From the NCBI RefSeq assembly GCF_001194135.2, contig NC_068990.1:74013864-74077863 (forward strand): DNA of 64,000 nt, in the 5' to 3' direction. This DNA is from Octopus bimaculoides (taxonomy: Eukaryota). Position 1 is the stretch's first letter, and every line of letters begins with the position of its first letter. The notes under the pieces are model-generated. The model saw nothing but the letters and a program-made list of their open reading frames with translations, was not told the origin of the DNA and made no database searches. The translations under genes were made by a program, and so were the position numbers. This document shows positions 13,135 through 24,868 of this stretch, in pieces.

Positions 13135-14136
13135 ACCTGCATGTTTGTTTGAGTGTTTGTGTCAACATCATGTAAATGAATGTCATTCATTGACATTATT
13201 CTGTGAAATCATGCCTGGCCATGGGGAAATATTAGTCTACATGGAAGCAGATAAATGTAAGAAAGGCATCCAGCTGTAGAAAATCTGCCTCAGTAAACTG
13301 TCCGACCAATGCAAACATGGAAAAGTGGAAATTAAAATGATGATGGTGACAATGAAGATGATGTTGGATAAAATCTCATGTCACCTACAATACATAAGGG
13401 CAAAAATGAAAATGAGAAAATAGCTATAGAAATAAGCTTCTTCTCCTATTTCTTCTAATTGCTATGCCTACTATATATATCCTTATTTAAATTAAATATA
13501 TAAATTTATTCAATATTAAGCAATGTTAATCACCAGAAAATGTTTAACATAAAATAGAATTGTCAGAAATTCAATAATTGAAGTCAAAACGCCAACAAAT
13601 TTGCAGAAATGGTAGAACATCAAACTAACTATTTTGCAGAATTTGGTTACATTCTTTATGTTTTGGAGTTCAAATCCTGATGAGATCAACTTCAGTTTTC
13701 ATCGTGCCATTGTGGGGTATAACTATTAGACTATAGTCTCTCCCCACAAAATCTATGGTGTTTTGGCCATAAACAAAATAATTATACTCAAAATCATGAC
13801 TTTACTTTTATCATATTTGTGTATATTTGCTTCCCAACTACATGGTTCTGTGTTCAGTACCACTGCATGGCACCTTGGGCAGGTGACACCTACTGTAACT
13901 TTGTTCCAACCAGGGCCTTGTAAGTCGCTTTGTTAGGACCTAAAAAAGTCCATTATATATATATATGTGTGTACAAAAATAAGAGGAATGACCAGCAAAA
14001 GTGGACTCCTATATGCTAGAAATATATGCCGAATCATCTAACCACGAAAAATATGTTCTCAGTAAAAATTTAGCGACACAACAGACTGTAAAAGGGCAAG
14101 ACAAATGAAAAAATACTAAATGAAAAAAAAACGATT

Positions 14137-14207
14137 AACCTACGTACCATGGTTTCACCTGTTAAAATTTACATAAGTAAATATCTGCAGGATCATCAGC
14201 GTAGTCT
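14137..14207 (-). ncRNA. Minimal type I hammerhead ribozyme motif (Penelope-like), core intact
   Basis: Minus strand: CUACG-CUGAUGA-U-CCUG..AUUUAC-UUAU-GUAAAU..CAGG-U-GAA-ACCAUGGU-A-CGUAG. 5-bp stem I, bulged stem II, palindromic stem III, GUA cleavage triplet. Confidence 0.85.
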
Positions 14208-14460
14208 GTCGATTTGTAAAATATAATTTCCAGAACCAGACACAAGACGTCCACCCGAAAGGTATGTGTGTGTGTTTACATTTGTCCCCCACCACTGCAT
14301 GACAACTGGTGTTGGTTTGTTTATATTCCTGTAACTTAGCAGTCTGGCAAAACAGACCAACAGAATAAGTACCAGGCTTTAACAAAAAGTACAGGGGTCG
14401 ATTCGCTCGCCAAAAATCCTTCAAGTATAACTCCAGTCCAGTGACTTGGACATAAAATAT

Positions 14461-14678
14461 TGATTTCAAATTTTAGCATAAGGCCAGAAAGTTCGGGGGT
14501 GGGGGTGGCTAGTAAATTACACGAACCCCAGTACTCAACTGGTACTTATTTTATCAACTTTGAGAGCATGAAGGGCAAAGTAGACCTAGACAGAATTTGA
14601 ACTCAGAATGTAAAGATGGACAAAATGCTGCTAAACATTCTGCACAACATAGTAACATTTTTGCCCGTTCTCCATCTT
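14461..14678 (-). mobile_element. SINE family A
   Basis: Reverse complement of the family A consensus. Confidence 0.8.
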
Positions 14679-14803
14679 CTTAGGGCATAAGATATTAATT
14701 AGCAAATTTAGATTGGTACAAGACAGAAAAAACTGAAAATAGAAACTACTGCTTTCCTTTGAGCTCTTGAAATCTTGAACTCTATTATTAAGCCTTAATA
14801 TGT

Positions 14804-15020
14804 AAGGCGGTGAGCTGGCAGAATCATTATTACATCAGACAAAATGCTTAGTGGCATTTATGAGTTTATGTTCTGTGTTCAAATACTGCTGGGGTCAATT
14901 TTGCCTTTCATCCTTCCATGGTCGATAAAATAAGTACCAGCTGATTACTGGGGTTGGTGTAATTGACTTCCCCTTCTCCCGAAATACGCTGGCCTTCTGC
15001 TAAAATTTGGACTATCATTA
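14804..15020 (+). mobile_element. SINE family A
   Basis: aaggcggtgagctggcagaatcatt...gtcgataaaataagtaccag. Confidence 0.85.
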
Positions 15021-15319
15021 AGCCTAAATATGTTCAGTATCACTCAGTATGAAAATTTTAAAATACAAATTATTTTTTGGAGGTAATTAATTGCAATTAA
15101 TGAATATTGAACTTCATTCGTTAGCCAATTAGTGCATGAATTTTATTTTTCATTTTACAAAATAATTATGAACAATATTTAATAATGCATAATTTTCTGT
15201 CATGCTCTGAAGATAAAGAGCATTAATGGATTAAATGAGAAATAGTAAATATGGAAATATTGTTGCTGCTGTTGTAACAATACCAACAGTTGGTAAGGGC
15301 TATGTTACTAATAACAGGA

Positions 15320-15655
15320 TTAGTCATAGTAGTAACAATAGTTTCAGTAAAAGTAGTATAGGTAATAGTAATAGTAGTAGTAGCAGCAGTAGTAGTAGTA
15401 GCAGCTGTAGCAGCAGCAGTAGTAGTAGTGATGGTGGAGGTGGTGGTAGTAGTTGTAGGCAGTAGCAGCAGCAGCAGCAGTAGCAGCAATAGTAGTAGTA
15501 GTAGGCAGCAATAGTAGTAGCAGCAACAGCAGTAGCAGCAATAGTAGTAGTAGCAGCAACAGCAACAGTAGCAGCCGCAGTAGTAGTAGCAGCTGTAGCA
15601 GCAGCAGCAGCAACAGCAGTAGCAGCAGCAGCAGTTGTAGTAGTAGTAGTAGTGT
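15320..15655. repeat. Mixed (TAG)n/(CAG)n trinucleotide array
   Basis: Directly visible; gives poly-C/Y/L/S pseudo-ORFs. Confidence 0.9.
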
Positions 15656-17515
15656 TGAACATATGACCTTTGTAGACAATCCCATAAGAGTACCATGACA
15701 TGTTGTCTAATTTGACTGAAATAGCAGGCAAATCTTCCTGAAATAACAACTTATTGTGTTGAAAAGGGAGAAAGAGAAAGTGAGAGAGGGAGAGAAAAGG
15801 ACAGAAAGAGAGTGAGAAAGAGAAAGATATGATATAGAAAAGCATTTGATAATGTAGACTTGAAATGCAATAACATGGAAGAGGATGGCATTGTCATAAT
15901 AATAATGTAAGCTATTATGGTGATAATGATGATGGACATGTTAAAATGTTGATACTGAATACATGAATGGCATTTTAGGTCTAGTAAAACCAGTTATGCT
16001 ATGCTTCATTGATGATGTTAACTAAACCTGAAACATATCTTAAGGCATTATCGAATTTAACCAAATATCTGACCGGGCCCCAATGTTAGATGATATTTTT
16101 AATCAATTTTAAATCATTTTAATTTAAGTGTTGTTTCCCCCTGTTTTCCTCAACCAGAATTAATCGTTAACATATTTGCAGCTATGTTGTTTCTGTTAAT
16201 TTTGAAAATATTAAAGATTCCAGTAGCATAACATTGTCATTATTTAGTTGGGATTTAGAACATGAATTAGGTTTTTGATGGAAAGTTTTAACTAAGATCA
16301 CTTTAAAACAAGAATTTTGTATCATGGAACCAGGGTGGTCTCAGGCAGGTTCATATCAAAAGAGTTTTCTATGGGTTGAAGTGTTATTGCATGAAGAAAT
16401 AACTGACTTCACTAACGAACAGTTAACAAAAGGTTTTATTATTGTACACAGAGTTTTAATAGTGCAGGTCTTTTACAAATAATAAGTGTAATAATTACAT
16501 ACAAGGAGGGACATACTGCTTGTGTAATAATTACATACAAGGAGAGACATACTGCGGTTGGCCCATCACAACTTGAAAATAATTGTGCAATATTCATGGT
16601 GATGAAAATTCCCGTCTGCTATTGGTCATCCGTCCTAACCAGCTGAATGAGGCAAGAATGGAAACACAAGGCACAGCCGCTTTAACATGCTGCAATTACC
16701 ACCAAAAAATTCACCTTTTTGTAGGCCACAAGAAGAAGATTCTAGAAGACAATGGCTTGATGCTGATTGGTTGTTTAATTGACTGATCATGTGAAACAGC
16801 TGTGGTTTGATTGTGATGTCTGACCAGCTACCTCGCAGTTCAGTTTGAAATCACCACTACAAGTTTAAAATATTGACTATATCTCATTATTAAGTGGGTA
16901 ATTTCAATTTTGATTAGTTAAACTTTTTAGTCTTGGTACAATAAATATATTCATATCCAAGACGGATTCAACTTCACTATTACATCACTATTTTCTCTTT
17001 GGTATGCATTATATTATGATTCTAGAGGGCTGCAGAAAGTAGTACAAAAAATAACAGTAGTATTATGTAGCATGCTAACTCCATAAATTTTTCTAACATA
17101 TTTCTTTGAACTAATGAGGGAATGCTTGTGAGGTAATTTGAACTCCTAGAGACAGCAGCTAAACCTCTCAAATCATATTTTACCATTTTAAAGCATGAAG
17201 GACATGCTGGGGAATGTAGTCAGAAAGGAATTGTTTGAGGACCAGTGCTGTCTTGGGGCTAAATGACTCACACAAACTCTCTTTCTTCTCTTTCTCTCTC
17301 TCTCTCTCACGTCTTCTCTGTCTGTCTCTCCCTTATATACAAACTGCCAGAGACAAAAAAAGTAGATGAAAGATAAAAGAAAGACTTTCTTCTTTTTGCT
17401 TCGATCGAGTTAAAAGGAAATATGATATCTTAATAAGTAGCCAGCTGATTGAAATATTTCTGTATTGAATATTGAATATTGTCTATATGTTAATAAATCT
17501 TAGAAGAGACTTACA

Positions 17516-17677
17516 GGCATAGGAGTGGCTGTGTGGTAAGTAGCTTGCTAACCAACCACATGGTTCTGGGTTCAGTCCCACTGCATGGCACCTTGGGCAA
17601 GTATCTTCTACTATAGCCTCGGGCCAACCAAAGCCTTGTGAGTGGATTTGGTAGATGGAAACTGAAAGAAGCCCGTC

Positions 17678-17749
<72 letters not shown>

Positions 17750-17958
17750 TTGTGTCTGTGTTTGTCCCCCCAACATCGCTTGACAACCGATGCTGGTGTG
17801 TTTAGGTCCCTGTAACTTAGTGGTTTGGCAAAAAAAACCGATAGAATAAGTACTAGGCTTGCAAAGAATAAGTCCTGGGGTCAATCTGCTCGACTAAAGG
17901 TGGTGCTCCAGGATGGCCACAATCAAATGACTGTAACAAGTAAAAGAGTAAAAGAGTA
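17516..17958 (+). mobile_element. Full-length SINE family B with internal (AT)n
   Basis: tRNA-like head ggagtggctgtgtggtaag...gggttcagtccc, CORE-like block, internal microsatellite, and tail ending in (aaagagt) repeats. Confidence 0.9.
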
Positions 17959-19018
17959 TAAATTTTATATGCACACACACACACACACACAGCCACATAC
18001 ATCATTTATATCTTAATCCGGGAATTTCTTTATAATTGAACTTTAACTAAACAATCTGCCATAAAACCTTAGTATTTCATTGACTTTTAGGATTAACACT
18101 GGAATATAGGTGTCATTCAAGCATAATTAATAATATAATTTTGTTTTCATTTTATTTATAAAAAAAACAACCCACAAAACAAGACAAGTATTTGAAGAAA
18201 TCATTGATTTGATATATTTGTCTATATAAACAGATATTTATCTTAAATATATGTATTGAGAGCTTCTAAGAAGAACGTCCATGGTATCATTTACCCATGA
18301 GATAAACCTGTAGCTGAATGCTAATTAAAAAAGACCTTTTGAATGATCTAAAAAGAGAAAGTTTCCCCAAGATTTATATCTGTGTAGCTTGTTTTGTTTA
18401 GATGTATTTATATACAACTTCCTGAATAAACTTTTATTTGTAATTGTGGCATAGAATTGCAGCTTGATGTTGATTCATTTGAAATAATTAAGAAAATTAA
18501 ATTTGCTAGAGACTTAAAGAAATTTCCTTGCAGATTAATACATAGATCAATGGATAGTTTAGCCCACATTTCAGAAATAATTAGACAATTTTATTATATT
18601 CTCTCTTATGAAAACAATTTGCTTCTTAACCAAATCTTTTTGAGTTCAATATCATTGTGTATCTCCTTCAACGAGTGTCTTTTTCTGTAATCTCATACCA
18701 ACCAAAGCCTTGTAAGTAAATTTGGTAGCTGGAAATAGAAATATGCCAAAAGTACATGTATACATTCACATACACACATACACACACACAAACACGCACA
18801 CACAAACATATACATACATACATGCATACATACATACATACATACATACATACATACATACATACATACATACATACATTCATATATATATACATACATA
18901 CATACATACATATATACATACATACATATATACATACATACATATATACATACGTTCATAAGTGAGGGTACATATGAAAGAAAAAGGGACTCAACACATT
19001 TAATAGGAGTTACATGTA

Positions 19019-19243
19019 CGGCGAGCTGGCAGAAACGTTAGCACACCGGGTGAAATGCTTAGCGGTATTTCGTCTGTCCTTACGTTCTGAGTTCAAATTC
19101 CGCCGAGGTCGGCTTTGCCTTTCATCCTTTCAGGGTCGATTAAATAAGTACCATTTACGCACTGGGGTCAACATAATCGCCTTAATCCGTTAGTCTGTCC
19201 TTGTTTGTCCCCTCTGTGTGTAGCCCCTTGTGGATAGTAACGA
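19019..19243 (+). mobile_element. Young SINE family A copy with 17-bp target-site duplication
   Basis: aataggagttacatgta at 19002-19018 and 19244-19260 flanks the element; CpGs are retained. Confidence 0.93.
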
Positions 19244-19417
19244 AATAGGAGTTACATGTATTATTTGAAATAGTTTTATTCAGTTTCCATGCTACTTCAA
19301 GTTTCACAGGTCCCTAACAGAGCCCATCGCACTCAGGCTCTGAAATAGCCATATATATATATATGAGATATTAATATTTCTAAGTCTCTCTAAAGGAGAC
19401 TACAGCAGCGGTACTGG

Positions 19418-19717
19418 ATATTAATAGTTATCGCCAAGCCAACATGGCAGTCCAAAAAATAGGATGAATGCTGCCGTTGATTAGCTCCAAGAGGCCATAG
19501 CCTCTAGCTAGCTATGTGACACACGAAACCGTGTCCTTTATAAACTTCGAAACTAGTCTAGTCTGCAGATGCCAAACCAGCAAGGGGAAGCTGCTGACCT
19601 CCCCTGTTCGAAGGTTATAAAAGACACAGTTTCGTGTGTCACATAGCTAGCTAATCAACGGCAGCATTCGTCCTATCTTTTGGACTGCCATGTTGACTTG
19701 GTGATAATTATTAATAT
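19418..19717. mobile_element. Fold-back (palindromic) non-autonomous DNA element with internal hairpins
   Basis: Arms 19418-19551 and 19606-19717 are near-perfect reverse complements, except for an extra GAGGC-CATA-GCCTC hairpin in the left arm. Confidence 0.88.
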
Positions 19718-19790
19718 ATATATATATATATATATTTCGTTTTGGGATTTGGTTTGCAAGATTCTTTATGTGAGTTCGTGTGATGAAGCA

Positions 19791-20070
19791 TATTCTGTTG
19801 TTTCTAGGGAGAGTCATTCTCTTTTTGCACCTTATAATTTAACACACTTGCCAGTAAGGTTTCCACACATTTCCTTCTTTATTTTTTAAAATTTTCGTTG
19901 CGTCTTTCAGCATTTTCAATAATTGTTGAGAGTCAACAACTATTGAAAAGGTTGCATGATGCAACGAAAATTTGAGAAAAATAAAAAAGGAAATAAGTGA
20001 GAACTTTACCAGTGAGTGTGTTAAATTATAAGGCACTAAAAGAGAATGACTCCCCAGACACAACAGTATA
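19791..20070. mobile_element. Fold-back MITE with an almost loop-less centre
   Basis: About 135-bp arms (gagtcattctctttttgcaccttataatttaacacac... / ...gtgtgttaaattataaggcactaaaagagaatgactc) meeting near 19930. The ORF track shows the same peptide on both strands. Confidence 0.88.
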
Positions 20071-21817
20071 TATATATATATATATATACACGTTGAATGC
20101 GAATACGTCCTTTAACTGGAATAGTTTCCAAAAGATTTATAACGTTGTTTCTTCATACTTTACTTTGAATTTACTAGTGTAAAGTAGCGTAGATATGAAA
20201 AGTTATATAGGCATAGTAAGTATATGATTTAACTTATTAAACAAAGTTTAACAAATTCAATCATATTTTACATAAATGGCGGACATTAAATATTAATATG
20301 AATGACGATTTTTTTCTATTCATGTAGCTATACAATTGTTTCATACATAAAGACAATAAATTCATTTTAAGAATCTGAGTTGTCAAAAAGTACTGGTCAG
20401 TAGCCAAAAATAAGAAAAAAGCTAAAAAGACGTTTGGATTACATAGGTATAGTGTTCTTACTCATTTTTGTAATGAGTTATTGTTCTTGGAGTCATGCCT
20501 ATTTAAAACAAAACTAAGGGATAACGCTTGGGTGTTGATATATATATATTACTAATATGAGTAACATTCTCTCTATAGATTAATATAAAGGAGCTAATTT
20601 AAAACTCCCATATATGAAGTAAAAACCTGGAGGGGCTGTATATTACGGAAAAGGACTACCCAAATAAGGAAGTCCGGAATTTTGAAATACTGGGGACTAA
20701 TATTTATTAGTAAAAAAGTGTTTAATAGTAATCATAAATGGTTTGTGGTACATAGAATTTTTAATTAAAATGTTTTATGTAAGAAATATATCTAATTTTA
20801 ATAGATATATTAAACTTGTAGAAGGATATTTTATGAGGTAAATACTAAAAAACGGTTAAGAAAATAAAAATAAAAATTATTGAAAAAAAATATGACGATG
20901 AGGTGGGGTACTTATATTATCTACAATACTGTTTTCTGCTGCCCAACGTAAATAAACACTCACACACATACATATATGGACATACATACAACCATACTTA
21001 TTGCAGAAAAATGTTACTGAGGTTCAAAGCTTAATCATTTTTCACCTAATCAGAAAACAGGATTTAGAACCTGATGTTTTCTGCATGATAATTGTCTATC
21101 ACAAAATGAAAGTAGAGTCATTATACAACGAGGAATTTTTATATAACAAACGAAAGCAAAGCCTTATGACGACTAAAGTTGTAAAAACTTCTGAAGTTTT
21201 AATAAGTTTTTTTGTTTGCTTTTAAACTTTAATTTAATGTTATTAGTAGCAAGATTTAGAATATTATTGGCAAGGTTTTTGCTTTCAGATAGCATGGTTC
21301 GATTATCAGAGATGCAGGGTTCAGATTATTTTTTTATTTCAGGCAAGTTGGCAAGAATAGTAGCTGAATTTCAGGATTTATTTTTTATTTTACGTGAATT
21401 TTAACTAACAAACTAACTTTGCCCTAACAAGGGCAAGTGGCTCCTCCTGCCTTACAGTGGATGCATTGGCTATTTATGCATTTTTTGAAAATAAGTACAT
21501 TCTATTTTATTTATAGAAAGAGCAGTTTTAAATTGGTTTATGAAAATTGGATTATGATATAGAATTTTAACATGTATATAAAAACTTCATTAAAATAATG
21601 TTTATTCTTCAAAATTTAATGATACAATATTGTTACTGTTTCTTTCCTTCAATGGGCAGACCTGAAGATTTCTAGTAATGCTGTTCAATCATCAACAATG
21701 GAAAATAATTCAAATATTTCTTAACAAAAGAATATTTATTAGATTTATTGCATCTCCTGGGAAAAAAAAGTGGATTACAATGAAAAATGTGGGCGCATGC
21801 ATGATAATATTCTTAAG

Positions 21818-22870
21818 TTATTACACCTGGAAAAGTATAGGACAAGATTTCTACAGCAGAATTTGCCTAATTCATCACCTCTAAAGGAAACTAAAAAGTA
21901 CTTCAAAATAAAATTCTACTGTACTTAAAATATTGCAGCCAAGAATAACATTTTTAAAATTGAAATGCATTATATTTGGTAAATTCAAGATAATTTACTT
22001 TATATATTACGAGAATCTAAAAAACAAGTAAATCTTTAAAAACATAGTACAAAAATAAATCAACGAATTAATTAAAACAAAAAACTTTTTAAAAATCATG
22101 TCTTTTGAAATATGCTATTGGAATAGTCATTTTATTTAGTGGTATCAAGTACAAACAATAAAATTTGAAGTTGTAAATAATATTGCACAAGACTTTTATC
22201 ACTTGAATTGAAATCCCATTACAAAAATAGAAACATTGTTTGCAGTAGAATGGTCATTAAATGGTTTCTGATCAACCATATGCTCAGTCAATTCTTCTAC
22301 ATTAAAAAAGAAAAAAAAACTAAATCTGACAAATAAAAATCATAAGTAAAATTTATTAGTTAATACAGTAGAATTNNNNNNNNNNNNNNNNNNNNNNNNN
22401 NNNNNNNNNNNNNNNNNNNNNNNNNNNNNNNNNNNNNNNNNNNNNNNNNNNNNNNNNNNNNNNNNNNNNNNNNNNNNNNNNNNNNNNNNNNNNAAATTAA
22501 TTTTATTTTATTTCATTTTTAAAATACTGCTTTCTCAAAAATAAGCCCATGTGCTTAAATACAGACTTAAGTAATGTTGCTTAAATAATTCTTTATCCTG
22601 AAAATAATAAAAACTATTGGGGCTATACATGAAAAGAGTTTAAGCCCATAGGCTTAAAATCGGATGGGTTTATTTTGGGAAAATCCAGTAATGTTTTTAT
22701 AATTTTTGTTTTAATAAAATATACTAAATTTAAAAAATGTTATTCTCGGCTGCAATATTTTAAGTACAGTGGAATTTTGATTTGAAGTACTTTTTAGTTT
22801 CTGTTGGAGGTGACGTATTAGGCAAATGCTATTGTAGAAATCTTGTTCTGTGCTTTTCCAGTTGTAATAA
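21818..22870. mobile_element. TIR element with about 150-bp inverted termini (spans an N gap)
   Basis: ttattacacctggaaaag...gaataacatttttaaa is mirrored by tttaaaaaatgttattctc...cttttccagttgtaataa. Confidence 0.8.
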
Positions 22871-22884
22871 GGTATGAATATTCA

Positions 22885-23100
22885 GGTGACGAGCTGGCAG
22901 AAACGTTAGCATGCCAGGCGAAATGCTTCGTGGGATTTCGTCTGTCTTTACGTTCTGAGTTCAAATTCTGCCAAGGTCGACTTTGCTTTTCGTTCCTTCG
23001 GGGTCAATAAATTAAGTACCAGTTGTGTACTGAGTCAATCTAATTGACTGGCCCCGTCCCCCAAAATTTTGGACCTTGTGCTTAGACTAGGAAAGAATAA
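22885..23100 (+). mobile_element. SINE family A
   Basis: gacgagctggcagaaacgttagc...ggggtcaataaattaagtaccag. Confidence 0.88.
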
Positions 23101-23141
23101 CTTAAGAATATCAACATGCATTCGTCCGCATTTTCCATTGT

Positions 23142-23174
<33 letters not shown>

Positions 23175-24235
23175 GAATCGTTAACCCTTACACATTTTTT
23201 CACTTTCTGTTTTTTTCGTTCTCTCTCGATTTTTACCCCTCAGCCATTTCTGTGAAAGAGCATTGGGTCAAAGTCGAAATGTCAAAGACTTTTCCATTCT
23301 TCCAGAGCATCAAACTAACACACCTGCTTGTCATTCCCTCGCCTGTCTTCATCTTTTGTTTTCTGTAAATTCGAACTATATATTACTATTGTTATTCATT
23401 AATTTATCCATGTACCCACACAGCATCATTTATTCCATGTCATATGTTATAGTAAACTTAAGAAACCCTGTGTTCAATTATCTCTCACTTTAACGCTCAT
23501 TATAATCATAATTATTGTTATTCATTTATTTATCTATTTTGTCACAAAGTTTTGCTCACTCCATGTATTTTTATAGCTATGGTTAAAGTTAAGAAAGCAA
23601 ATGTTCAATTCTGTTTCACTCTATAGCGCTCATTACAGTTATTATTGTTATTCATTTAGCAGTATGTTATAGCGAAGTTGAGAAATTCAATTGTTCTATC
23701 CTGTTTACTCTTGCTCTAAATCTCGGAAATTCCATCTCTTCATTTGTTTTGTTTTGTTACCTGCTATCCTATCCAAATGTTCCATTGTTTCTTCGACTAG
23801 CCTTAATTCTCGAAAATTTCACTGCTCTCCCTCTAGGTTTTGTTAACCACTTGCTTTCTCATGTTGATTGTAAATTAGAGGCTTGCTTTGTATTTGGATA
23901 TGCCACATCAGCTTTAGCTAGGTAATAGGGCAGCCATAGTTTTGCCATTTATCCTCCCATCCCATCCCATAAAATCCCATCCCACCCACTGCCTATACCG
24001 GAAGTCTTTCTCCTCTAACCTCTGACAGTCAACTATACAGAACACTTATCCCTCCATCCCTATCTAGTGTCTGTCTCCCATTCAACGTAGTGATTACGAA
24101 GCAAATATAATAGAGAAGTGCATGCAGGTTGAAGTCTATTTGTATGTTTACGAAATCTGCCAAACACACGTGAGCTTTCTTTCCAGATGCATAATGCTGC
24201 TGTCCCCCATCCCCTCGTCTCACCGACCCACACCT

Positions 24236-24530
24236 TCCACACCCTCAGATTTGGCACATTGAAAGGTAGGTCTGGTGAGATAGTTGAGATGCTTGGACAG
24301 AGACATGTAGATTTGTGTTACATCCAAGAAGGTGGAGAGGAAGTTCTGCGAGGTTCCTCAAAGACAAAGAACACAAGTATAAGATTTTCTAGGTAGGGAA
24401 TACTGATGGGGTTGGGGGTGTGGGTATATTCCTTGCTGAGAAATGGGTTGATAAAGTAATTGTTGTTGCCAGAGTCTGTGATAGAATACGTAAGCTTAGA
24501 CTAGCGCTATTTAACAGCACCCTTCAATCA
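24236..24530 (+). mobile_element. RTE-like LINE apurinic-endonuclease remnant
   Basis: TLRFGTLKGRSGEIVEMLGQRHVDLCYIQE, then after a frameshift GNTDGVGGVGIFLAEKWVDKVI..RVCDRI: APE domain motifs. Confidence 0.8.
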
Positions 24531-24574
24531 TTGGGCAATACGACCTGCTTCTGAAGACCTGTTGAACTGAGTGA

Positions 24575-24868
24575 TGTTGCAGTTGTAGCCAGTGTCAGTG
24601 CCGCCTGACTGGCACCTGTGCCAGTGGCATGTAAAAAGCATCATTCAAGCATGGCCAATGCCAGTGCCACCTGACTAGCTCCAATGCCAGTAGCCTGAAA
24701 AAGCACCCACTACACTCTCAGAGTGGTTGGCATTATGAAGAGCATCCAGCTGTAGAAATCTTGTCAAATCAAATTGGAGCCTGGTGCAGCCTCCCAGCTT
24801 GCCATTTATCACTCAACCCAAGCCAGCATAGAAAACGGACATTAAACAATGATGATGATGATGATGTA
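24575..24868 (+). mobile_element. SINE family C with (GAT)n tail
   Basis: gcatccagctgtagaaa...gcatagaaaacggacattaaacaatgatgatgatg. Confidence 0.8.

Noticed and set aside
15223-15845. Cys/Tyr-rich metallothionein- or keratin-like ORF on the minus strand
   Set aside because: It is the reading of a TAG/CAG trinucleotide array, with no splice or start context.
16486-16555. 36-bp direct duplication
   Set aside because: A simple two-unit slippage duplication inside a decayed repeat, with no further structure.
20480-20960. Mitochondrial insertion (NUMT)
   Set aside because: I could not recognise any mitochondrial protein, rRNA or tRNA motif; AT richness alone is not evidence.
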